The notes under the pieces are model-generated. The model was not told where the DNA came from, searched no databases, and saw only the letters and a program-made list of their open reading frames with translations. A DNA stretch of 63,924 nt, the filler included, from Malassezia furfur (Eukaryota): assembly GCA_052055015.1 (NCBI GenBank). It is 4 parts of 4 records of this genome, joined end to end, with 100 filler letters (N's around TTAATTAATTAA, not from the genome) between each part and the next. Parts side by side here need not be neighbours in the genome. Positions count along the whole stretch, not along the records: positions 49,829 to 63,924 come from JBQJIT010000293.1; 3 more parts are not named here. One strand, written 5' to 3'. Of this stretch, positions 54,994-63,924 are shown one piece after another. The number at the start of each line of letters is the position of its first letter. The first letter of the stretch is position 1. A program made the position numbers and the translations under genes.

Positions 54994-56649
54994 ATGGCCT
55001 ACATCGATAAGCCCCGGTTTCATAAACCGGCGCATCCGGCGCGCACCAAACCGCCTGTCAAGGACCCGCTTCTGGAGCCGAGCGCTCAGGTGCCACGCCT
55101 CGCGCTGCGCCGCTCCGCAGCCGTGCCAGATGATGCACCGCCGCTGCAGTCCCATGCACAGGCCGGAATTGAGATGCAAGAGCGTGCTGCCAATGACGAT
55201 GCAGAGCGTGCTCGGCAGCAAAACGAGCAGCTTGCGTGGCTCGACGAAGCACGTGTCGCATTGCACAAGACCCTGCCGTTGCTCGGCGTTCGTGTGCCGG
55301 CGACGCAGGTCAGTGCACTGGCGCGGCATCCAGCCGTAAATGGACTTGTGTTCCGCTCGCGGAGGTCGAAGCACATTAACCCAGACCCGCGTGGAGACGA
55401 CGCAGTACGTGTCCTGCAACTGGGCATCGACGACGCCGCGGCACTCTCGCCTGAGGCCAACGTTGCGATTGCCGAAGTCCAAGGCGAGATTATACCACAC
55501 CCAGTCGAGCTTCCGTACGATTATTGGACGGTCGAGCAGGTGCTCCGTGCCGTGCTGCCTGCCGAGCTCGAAGAGGGCGCCCCCAGCGCGTTTGCCATGG
55601 TCGGCCATCTCGCGCACGTCAACCTGCGCGAAGAATACCTTGCGTACCGTTACTTGATTGGACAAGTCATCCTGGAAAAGACCCCGCGAGTCCGCACGGT
55701 GGTGAACAAGCTTGACTCGATTGAAACCGAGTTTCGTGTATTTGCCATGGAACTGCTGGCCGGTGTCCCTGAATACGAGGCGGAAGTGTCCGAGTCCAAT
55801 TGTGTGTTCCATCTCGACTTCCGCAATGTGTACTGGAACAGCCGTCTTCACACAGAGCATGGGCGCCTCATTGCGCAGTTCCAGCCGTTTCAGGTGCTTG
55901 CCGACGTCATGGCAGGCGTCGGCCCGTTTGCTGTACCGGCTGCCAAAAAGGGCGCGTGGGTGCTGGCGAACGATTTGAACCCCCACTGCTTCGCCAGCTT
56001 GCAAAAGAACAGCACTCGCAATCATGTGGATGCGCACTTGCAAGCGACCTGTCTTGACGGGCGCGAATTCATCCGGCAGTCTGTGCTCACCACATGGAAC
56101 GCCTCCTTCCCGGGAGAGCCAACTGGTGATGAACTACTGAGTGCGCGACAAAAGCGCAAGGAAAAGAGCGCACAGCGGCGTGCACAGCAGCAAGGCACGA
56201 CGCAAGCCGACCCCGCCCCTCAAGCACCTGCCCCGACGACGCCCAAGCCACCGCGGCGTCTGGTGGATCACTTTGTTATGAACCTTCCTGCAACTGCGCT
56301 TGAATTCCTCGATGCGTACCGGGGTCTGTACACGCATCTCGCTTCGCATGTGGGACGTGACGTACTTGAAGCCGAGATCGCGGCACGGAGCACACAGGGC
56401 GACGTGGAACCCCTTCCCATGGTGCATGTGCATTGCTTCACCAAAGACGTCGAGCATGCCGCAGCTGATATTTGCCAGCGCGCCAATGCGGCTTTGGGTC
56501 TGTCCGGTGCCGAACGCCTTGTGCCGCCGGGCGACGAAACGTCGGACCCTACGCCAGATCTCTCGCTGCATCTCGTCCGCTCCGTGGCACCCAGTAAAGA
56601 CATGTATTGTCTTTCTTTCCGTCTTCCCCGTAGCGTATTGTTTGCCTAA
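54994..56649 (+). CDS. TRM5: tRNA (guanine37-N1)-methyltransferase Trm5
   Basis: VGHLAHVNLR, TVVNKLDSI, VYWNSRLHTEH, DVMAGVGPFA, ANDLNP, VMNLPA and VRSVAPSKDMYC. Confidence 0.94.
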   Translation: MAYIDKPRFHKPAHPARTKPPVKDPLLEPSAQVPRLALRRSAAVPDDAPPLQSHAQAGIEMQERAANDDAERARQQNEQLAWLDEARVALHKTLPLLGVRVPATQVSALARHPAVNGLVFRSRRSKHINPDPRGDDAVRVLQLGIDDAAALSPEANVAIAEVQGEIIPHPVELPYDYWTVEQVLRAVLPAELEEGAPSAFAMVGHLAHVNLREEYLAYRYLIGQVILEKTPRVRTVVNKLDSIETEFRVFAMELLAGVPEYEAEVSESNCVFHLDFRNVYWNSRLHTEHGRLIAQFQPFQVLADVMAGVGPFAVPAAKKGAWVLANDLNPHCFASLQKNSTRNHVDAHLQATCLDGREFIRQSVLTTWNASFPGEPTGDELLSARQKRKEKSAQRRAQQQGTTQADPAPQAPAPTTPKPPRRLVDHFVMNLPATALEFLDAYRGLYTHLASHVGRDVLEAEIAARSTQGDVEPLPMVHVHCFTKDVEHAAADICQRANAALGLSGAERLVPPGDETSDPTPDLSLHLVRSVAPSKDMYCLSFRLPRSVLFA

Positions 56650-56660
56650 TCTATCTGGGT

Positions 56661-57175
56661 TTACACTACATCCCGCTCCAGTATACTCCACCGGAAATCC
56701 AAAATGCCTTGCCGCGTGTTGAGGATTTCGGCAATTTCAGCAGGAGGCTCCTCGCCAATTTCGCGTGCACGCTCCCACCGCTCAAGACGGGTCATCCCAG
56801 TGCAAGGGCCGTAATTTCCATTGAGGTCAAATACGCGCAATATACGGTCGATTCGATTGACGCCTTCGCCATGCACTGGGTCAGTATGGCATACGTACCT
56901 GCAGCGCGACCCATCTCTTTCTTCGTCTGTTCCCAAAGCCGATCATATCTTGGTGAATTCACATCCAGCTCTGGCCGACCCTCGGCCAGCTTGAGCAGTT
57001 CTTTGGGATAGTCGCGCTCTTCGGCCTCCGCATTCACCTTCTTGCTTGCCAATTTTGCATCCTTATCGACCGTGTCTGACACTGCCTTTGGTTTCCCTCG
57101 TACAGCAGACGAGGATCGCGCCTTCTGACCAGTCAGACCGAGTGCATTGCCCGTCCTGCGTTTCGTGGCGACCAT
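56661..57175 (-). CDS. POLD4: DNA polymerase delta subunit 4 (p12/Cdm1); one 23-nt intron
   Basis: Spliced ILRVFDLNGNYGPCTGMTRLERWERA...PPAEI. Confidence 0.87.
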
Positions 57176-57345
57176 GTCAGGCGTAGATTCACACGACCCT
57201 GGCCTGGAGATGTTACAGCACGTGATGCAATTGGCCCGTGCGCTCTATGCACTTTTCCCAAGACAGCATCCACCGCCAACAACCCCACATACGATATGGG
57301 ACTGGCATAGGAATCGAATCATATGTTATTTATCTAATAGTACGA

Positions 57346-58524
57346 TTAGTGCTGGCCGTAAGACTTCGAGACGTAGTGACCATTCTCGACAATGACGTTG
57401 GCATCAATCTGGGGCTTCTTGTTCCAAAGACGCTCCAGAATGTCCTTGGTGCCGGCCACGTAGCGGGCCTGCGCATCAAGCGAGGTACCCGAAATGTGGG
57501 GCGTCATCGCATTTCCACCGCCCAGCTCAGGGTTCCACACGTTGCGCATCTTGTGCCACGGGTGGTCCGCAGGCGGCGGCTGCGGGTAGGAAACGTCACC
57601 GCCGTAGCCGTTGAGCTGACCGTCCTCGACAGCCTTGGCGATGTCCTCCTTAACACAAATGGCGCCACGAGCCGTGTTGACAATCCACGCACCCGGCTTC
57701 ATCTTGCTGATAAGCTCCTTATTGAAGAGACCCTTGGTGCCAGCGTGGAGAGGCGCATTGATGGTGATGACATCACAGCGCGACACAAAGTCCTCGAGGT
57801 CCTCGACACGCTTGCAACCAATCTCCTTCTCGGTAGCATCATCAAGCTTGTTGTAGTCATAGTACAGCAGCTCCTTGCAGTCGAAGGGCTTGAGGCGCTG
57901 CAGGATACGACGGCCAATGCGGCCAATACCGAGCGTACCGACCACCTTGTTCTCCACATCGTACGAGTTCATGGCAACCTCGGCGACGTCCCATGTGCCA
58001 TTCACGTACTGGTTGTGCGCAGGCACAAAGTTGCGGACGAGGACCAGGATGGTCATGACAGCGTGCTCGGCGACCGAAGTCACATTCGAGCCGGTCACCT
58101 CGTACACACCAATCTTGCGTGCATTGGCCGCATCTAGGTCGACGTGGTCCGAGCCGACACCAGCAGTCACACAGGCCTTGAGGTCCTTGGCATTTTCGAT
58201 GATCTCCTTAGTGATGTAGGCGGGGTGGAAAGGAGTCGTGATGATAATCGACGCATCAACGGCTTCCTTGGCGAACTCCGAGTTGGGGCCGTCCTTGTCC
58301 GTGGTCACCACAAGGGTGTGACCCTGCTTCTCGATCCACTCACGGAGGCCAAGCTCATTTTCGGCAGAGCCAAGCATCTTGGGCTGGCGCTTGGCGAACT
58401 CGCCGCCAGGATAAAGGACAGCAAGGACCTTGTCCTTGGCGATCGCCGATGAGGCGAACGAACGCGAGAAAGTCGCACGGCTCAGGGCAGAGGCAGCAGG
58501 CTTAGCAGCACGGATCATAACCAT
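57346..58524 (-). CDS. FDH1: NAD-dependent formate dehydrogenase with an N-terminal presequence-like extension
   Basis: [45 protein letters not shown] and [14 protein letters not shown]. Confidence 0.96.
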   Translation of the reverse strand: MVMIRAAKPAASALSRATFSRSFASSAIAKDKVLAVLYPGGEFAKRQPKMLGSAENELGLREWIEKQGHTLVVTTDKDGPNSEFAKEAVDASIIITTPFHPAYITKEIIENAKDLKACVTAGVGSDHVDLDAANARKIGVYEVTGSNVTSVAEHAVMTILVLVRNFVPAHNQYVNGTWDVAEVAMNSYDVENKVVGTLGIGRIGRRILQRLKPFDCKELLYYDYNKLDDATEKEIGCKRVEDLEDFVSRCDVITINAPLHAGTKGLFNKELISKMKPGAWIVNTARGAICVKEDIAKAVEDGQLNGYGGDVSYPQPPPADHPWHKMRNVWNPELGGGNAMTPHISGTSLDAQARYVAGTKDILERLWNKKPQIDANVIVENGHYVSKSYGQH

Positions 58525-58568
58525 TTTGATGATGGTGGATTGGGGTAGATGGAAGCATTGGCCCCAGC

Positions 58569-58574
58569 TTTATA
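58569..58574 (-). promoter_or_regulatory. Putative TATA box of FDH1
   Basis: TATAAA on the minus strand ~45 nt upstream of the ATG. Confidence 0.5.
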
Positions 58575-58831
58575 GCATATGCCGCGGGTCTCAATTTCGG
58601 GGCGGAATTATCTTGTCCGAAAGTCTGTGCACGAGCCTCCATCCGGGGACGTCCAAAACGACATGCGCACGGTGCCCTGACTTCGCCCAATGTCCGAAAA
58701 TGAGGTCATGTTGCAGGACGTGTCAATAGTTAGTCAGCAAAATAGAGCCCGCCGACCCGCCAGCACAACACCGCGTCGGTTTTTCGGACATTGAACGCAT
58801 CACATCCGATCCTCCACACGGAGCCTGGGCC

Positions 58832-61006
58832 ATGGAATCGGAACGTGCGAACGCGGAGGCGAGTGCACTGACCAGCCTCGCGCCGTCAGGGGGCGGAGCA
58901 CGGTCCGAAATGGTCGAAGAGACTGGAACTGTCCCTGATGCCAATCGGCTAGCCCCGAGCTCCGCGGAACGGCGTGAACATTCGCGCCGATTCTCCAACA
59001 TCCATACGCGCAACTTGTCGGCCTTCTTTCCGCAGCCAGGAACCGCGGCCGAGTTCGAGTACCATGCTTCGCAGGCAAGTACGCGCTCTCCCTCGCCTGT
59101 TAATGTTGCACCGGCTGGCGAGGTGCCGCAAGAATCGCCCACCCATAAGCAAAAACGCGATGCGCGCCAAATCCGGCGCGCAAGCTACCTCATGACAGAC
59201 CAAACAGGCAACGTGAATGTTGCGCGACGCATGCCGTCGCAGCTACCTTCTTGTACGTGGCTTTTCTCACACAGTGGCCACCGACCGCGGCGACCTCCTT
59301 TCTCCGGATCCCATGGCGACACGCAAAATGTCCGACGGACGTGCTTTGTCGGGAGCATGGTCGCATCTGCCGTCCCGGCCGGCGTCGGGAGTGTGGCCCA
59401 GCGATGTTTTCCAAAGCTCGCCCAAGCGTGCGCCTTCGTACAACTACGCTACACAATCACAACCGCAGGCAATGCCCGTCACCTTTGCGATGCGCCCGCT
59501 GGTGCTGTTCTGTGCCGCGTACACAGCACTAGGCGCCGGTCTATGGGTCATGGGTTTGGTCCGCGACTCGCTCGCGCTCGTCGGCCTTGGCTTCCTTGTG
59601 GTGTTTGACGGGCTGAGCGTGCTGAGTACGGTGTGGATGCAGGCGCTCGAAGTCGCACGCCGGAAGCGTCTGGACGCTGAGCAAGGTGATGCGTCAGCAG
59701 GCGCTGCAGTATCGGCTCCCGTGAATCTCAAGCGGCCATTTGGGTATGTGGTTTTGACTGACACAGCTTGCGCCGTCTCGAGACGCTGTCAGATTTCTCG
59801 CTTATGGTGTTCCTGATGTTTTCAGGGATCTACATGTGCAAGGAAAATGTCGAGCATGCGCTTCTCGCCGCAAGCCTCCCGCACGAGGAGGATCGCGAGG
59901 GCACTCAGCTCCCAGTGGTCTTGCTCTTGCTCACCACGGTTCTCATCGTGTTTACCAACGTGGTGCTTCGGAACCACGCACGCATCGCCGCTGCTTGCGC
60001 GACGAGCATCGACAATGGCGTTGGTCTCGATGGAACCAACGCGCGTCAGTCGCGGCACGCGCGGCACACATCCGTGCTGCCCATGCCGACGTTGGCGCGT
60101 GGGCCGCTCTACGATGCGCTGACCAATCCATTCAGCCTGATGATGCTCTTCTTCTCGACCGGCCTCTTCATGGCCGCCCTTTTCCTTCCTCCACAGCAAA
60201 TGGCTTCACTCGACAAAGTGCTGGCGGGTCTTGAAGGCGCAACGATGCTGTACCTCTCAGCATGCGCACTTTCTCCCCTGTCCAAGGTGCTGCTCCAAGC
60301 GGCCCCCTCACCCAAGGCGCCGCAACTCACCCAACTCAATCGCGCGCTCGGCATCATCGAGTCCCATCCCGCTGTGGCTCGCATTGCGAGTGCAAAAGTA
60401 TGGCAGCTTACGCTACCGTCCTTGTCGTATACAAAAGCGGGCGCCGGCACCGATGGCCGCCCGGGTCTGGCCGGGATCATGTCCATGAAACAGGGCGCCA
60501 AGTCGGCCTCCTTGGTCGTCACTCTCCATGTACTCGCTAAGGCGGACACGTCGGCAGACGTATGTGCCGAGTTGACGCGCTATACATGGCAGCAATGTGC
60601 GCCGATCCTTGGCGCGAGCCGGCAGGTGACCGCTGGCGAACACTTGCGCGGTGCGCTTGTCGCCGGCGAGCTGACGGTGGAGGTGACGCGCGAAGGACAG
60701 CATGCACCTTCGCACGCGATGCACGGCTGTGGACATGACCACGGGCATGATCATCACCATGATCACCACGACCATGACCACCATGACCACCATGACCACG
60801 GTCATCACGATCACGGCCACGACCACGGTCACCACGACCATGCTCACCACGATCATCCGCATGTCTATGTGCAAGAAGCGTCTGAGCCCCACGTCGGCCA
60901 TGTGCACAGCCATGCGCACACGGGCCATGTCCACGCCCATGACCATGCGGGACACCACCACGAGCACGTTGCTTCGCCCTCGTCGGTGATTCATGTCCCG
61001 CTTTAA
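58832..61006 (+). CDS. ZRG17: Cation diffusion facilitator Zrg17-like zinc transporter with a long His-rich tail; introns of 22 and 23 nt
   Basis: Removing GTACGTGGCTTTTCTCACACAG and GTATGTGGTTTTGACTGACACAG joins three ORFs. Motifs LGFLVVFD, KRPFGLRRLETL, KENVEHALL and NPFSLM. Confidence 0.75.
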
Positions 61007-61057
61007 CGTACATAGCTTATACCCACGTTGCAAATATGTGATTCATATGGTATATGT

Positions 61058-61694
61058 CTAGTCCATACGGCACTTGAGTGTCCGCTCGATCACCTTCTCC
61101 GGGGTGATGATGCGCACAATCACACCCATGCCGGACAGCGCATCACGCTCAATGCCACCCAGCATGGTCTGCGAGATGGTCTCGAACAAGTCCTCGGGCT
61201 CCAGATCCGGCTCCCAGAGACCCTCGGCCATACCGAACAGGCGGTCACTCGCCGTGCCGCTCACGACAAAGTCCTTGGCGAAGTTGAGGCACCCGATCAG
61301 GTCCGAGGCCGCGATAAACGGCTCATTCTTGCTGTTCAGCCCGGCCACGACGGGCTCAATGAAGTAGGGCCCGAATCGCCGCTCGTACAGCGTCGAGCTC
61401 ATGAGGTGCGCGAACGTCTCCGGCTCAATTTCGCGGTCCTCCTTCATACGGTACATGTTTAGCCGATAACGGAACTTCTCACGCAGCGTGATCAAGTCCG
61501 TCGCGAGACCAGGCAGACCAACGTAGGTCTTGTCGGTCACCTTGAACACCTTGTCGAAGCTCGTCGAGAGCAGCAGCGCCTGGTTGCCGATGCGCAGGTC
61601 CGTTGCGATGGCCACGCAGTTCTTGCCACGCATGGCAATCACGCTGCCACCATTGTATTCCATAATACTCACTGGGTTAGGCCATCCACCTACT
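61058..61694 (-). CDS. PUP3: 20S proteasome beta-3 subunit; intron 61672-61693 splits the ATG
   Basis: MSIMEYNGGSVIAMRGKNCVAIA, RRFGPYFIEPVVAG, DLIGC and LKCRMD. Confidence 0.95.
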
Positions 61695-61791
61695 CTTGTC
61701 TCCGCCACGACCGTCGTCGTCAGTCAACGCGCATGCGCCATGCCGATCACTTAGATCACGTGCGCGCACCGACACCCTCCACGCTAGCACC

Positions 61792-62949
61792 ATGAAGGAG
61801 CTCACGCGCAAGATGGTGGCCGATGGTACGTGCATAGCCCCTCACAACAGTGGCCGTATTCGCCGTTTCTCAGGTGGCATTCTTCTATGCCTTCAAAGTG
61901 CGTGGCTCACTCGACTAACGCAGTACGTGATGGCATCGCTCGACCCCAACCGGCAAAAGCAGCAGGACGCCAAGAAGGTCTCGGACAACAAACTGGGCAA
62001 GCTGGGGCTTCGCTCGCGCGGCGTTAAGCTGAACGAGTATGAGGAACAGATTGCTACCGAACTCATCCTTCCCGATGATATTCCTGTCACCTTTGAATCG
62101 ATTGGTGGGTTGGACAACATCATCGCGAGCTTGCAGGAGAGCGTCATTGCTCCCCTGTGTTACCCCCAGCTGTTCAACAGCGCAAGCGGCTTGCTGGGTG
62201 CACCCAAGGGTGTGCTCTTGTATGGACCACCGGGCACCGGTAAGACGATGTTGGCTAAGGCGCTGGCGAAGGAGAGCGGCGCCACCTTTATCAATATGCA
62301 CGTCTCCACCTTGACCAATAAATGGTTCGGCGAGTCCAACAAGCTCGTGTCCGCGCTGTTTTCGCTGGCACGCAAGCTCCAGCCGAGTATTGTGTTCATT
62401 GATGAGATTGACAGCTTCCTGCGTGAGCGTGCGTCGGGTGATCACGAAGTCATGGCCATGATGAAGGCCGAATTCATGACCCTATGGGACGGCTTGACGT
62501 CTTCGACGGACCGCATCATGGTGCTGGGCGCGACCAACCGCCCGGCGGACATCGACGCGGCTATTCTGCGCCGTATGCCTAAGCGCTATGCTGTGCGCCT
62601 CCCTGACCAGGCGCAGCGCAAGAAGATTCTGTCCATTATGTTGGCAAACGTGCCGTGCCATTCGTCGTTTGATCTGGATGCATTGGTGCGCAAGACGGAG
62701 GGGTACAGCGGCAGCGACTTGCGCGAGCTGTGCCGCGCAGCCGCGATGGTGCCTGTGCGTGAAGTGTTGCGCAGTCGCAGCGGTCGGGAGCATGTTGAGC
62801 GTGCGCGGAAAAACCCGACGGGCGATGGAGAAGCGGCGCACGGTGCTGACCTCGCGATGAGTGTGCGGCCGCTGCGCAACAGCGACTTTTTCCAAAACGA
62901 TAGCGCAACGCCCCTCCATGTGGATACAGAGCCAGATGCACTGGACTAA
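61792..62949 (+). CDS. MSP1: Mitochondrial/peroxisomal AAA ATPase Msp1/ATAD1; introns of 25 and 26 nt
   Basis: Spliced N-terminal TM (VAVFAVSQVAFFYAFKYV), GPPGTGKT, KWFGES, FIDEID, KAEFMTLWDGL and ILRRMPKR. Confidence 0.93.
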   Translation: MKELTRKMVADGTCIAPHNSGRIRRFSGGILLCLQSAWLTRLTQYVMASLDPNRQKQQDAKKVSDNKLGKLGLRSRGVKLNEYEEQIATELILPDDIPVTFESIGGLDNIIASLQESVIAPLCYPQLFNSASGLLGAPKGVLLYGPPGTGKTMLAKALAKESGATFINMHVSTLTNKWFGESNKLVSALFSLARKLQPSIVFIDEIDSFLRERASGDHEVMAMMKAEFMTLWDGLTSSTDRIMVLGATNRPADIDAAILRRMPKRYAVRLPDQAQRKKILSIMLANVPCHSSFDLDALVRKTEGYSGSDLRELCRAAAMVPVREVLRSRSGREHVERARKNPTGDGEAAHGADLAMSVRPLRNSDFFQNDSATPLHVDTEPDALD

Positions 62950-62985
62950 TGCATTAAATAGATATTATGTTGCATACAATATGAC

Positions 62986-63924
62986 CTACACGCGGCAATT
63001 GTCGATGCTCAGAATGAGAATGTCGCTGGCGCCCACATCTTCGAGCTGGTCCATGACATTGGCCATCTCGTCCCGCGTCACCATACTCGAAACGGCATTC
63101 CAGTCCGACTCCTCTAGCGTGCTCACTGTAGCCGCACGGCGACCGGGCGTGATAGCGAGCGCCTTGTTGAGGTTGACCTTGGGGATATTGTACTGGCACA
63201 AGACATACTTCTTGGCCGCAATGACACCACGGATACGAGCAGCAATGAGCGAGATCAGTGCCGTGTTGCTGCGTGCGTGGGGGGTCTTGGGACGGATCAG
63301 CTTGGCTTCCGAGGCAAGCAGCGTCGCAATCGGCTTCAGGCCACATGCCCGCATCGTTTCTCCGGATTCTGAGGTTAGCCACGTGGCGACGCGGGGTTAC
63401 GTACCGACCAAATCGACTGTAGCATGCGCCGTGGCGCCGAGTCAGTAACTGTCCGTCATGATACAAAAACATACCGATACCGTCAGCAAGGCCGAGTGCA
63501 CACGCAGTCTCGACGCTACCGTTCAAGTACGCAATAGTGGTCTTTTCCTTCGAGCCCATCTTCTCCTCCAGTTCGCGGAAGAACTTGCCCGAAAGGTGGT
63601 CGAAACTCGTAGCAATCTTCTTTCCAACCAAGTCCTCGACTGACTTGATTGTCTCGCTCGCTTCGGGGACCTGCACCTGGAGCTGGCACTTGCCGAAGCC
63701 AAGCGCAAGCATCTCGTCGATGGCGTCCGAGATGGCCGGGCCAGCTTCCTGGACCATGTCGTGACCCGTAATGCCCAGGTCAACATCACCGTTCGCCACG
63801 AAGTGTGGGATGTCGGCAGCGGGTAGGAAAACGAGCGCGATGGGCAGGTTCTTGACGAGCGCCACGTCGAGGCGGTGTGCCCGCTTGAACTGAATGTCGG
63901 CGCCGCTCAGGAGCGACAAACACG
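62986..63924 (-). CDS. HIS1: ATP phosphoribosyltransferase (5' part beyond window); introns 63369-63404 and 63417-63474
   Basis: FLPAADIP, LGFGKC, GSVETACALGLADGI|VDLV|ESGETM and TPGRRAATV. Confidence 0.94.

Noticed and set aside
27030..58524. DAK1 plus FDH1 as a methylotrophy-like cluster
   Set aside because: They are on different contigs, both genes are widespread, and no alcohol oxidase or DHA synthase is seen.
58832..59816. Apparent frameshifts or pseudogenes (ZRG17, UBC7, SIR2, TAZ1 and others)
   Set aside because: Each frame change is resolved by a GT-AG mini-intron with a branch-like motif.

Overview
Eukaryotic, fungal DNA. The compact genes, ~65% GC, 19-41 nt introns and Ustilaginomycotina-like proteins point to Malassezia (inference). 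The window is not contiguous. Three artificial 100-nt spacers (44 N + TTAATTAATTAA + 44 N) join four contigs of roughly 16.5 kb that appear size-sorted, so nothing should be inferred across the gaps. About 42 mostly housekeeping protein-coding genes can be reconstructed once tiny spliceosomal introns are removed by hand. Most other ORFs in the supplied track are antisense shadows of GC-rich genes. No rRNA, tRNA, CRISPR or transposon was seen. Most notable: (1) a ~450 bp, ~17% GC intergenic island at 45.67-46.12 kb, a candidate centromere core; (2) pervasive ultra-short introns, including stop-free 3n introns, 7/12/19-nt micro-exons and an intron that splits a start codon; (3) a CACGTG E-box in 11 tiny promoters, several bidirectional and joining functionally related genes; (4) a diverged ~94 bp triplication of the junction between two convergent gene ends; (5) convergent CDSs whose ends overlap.
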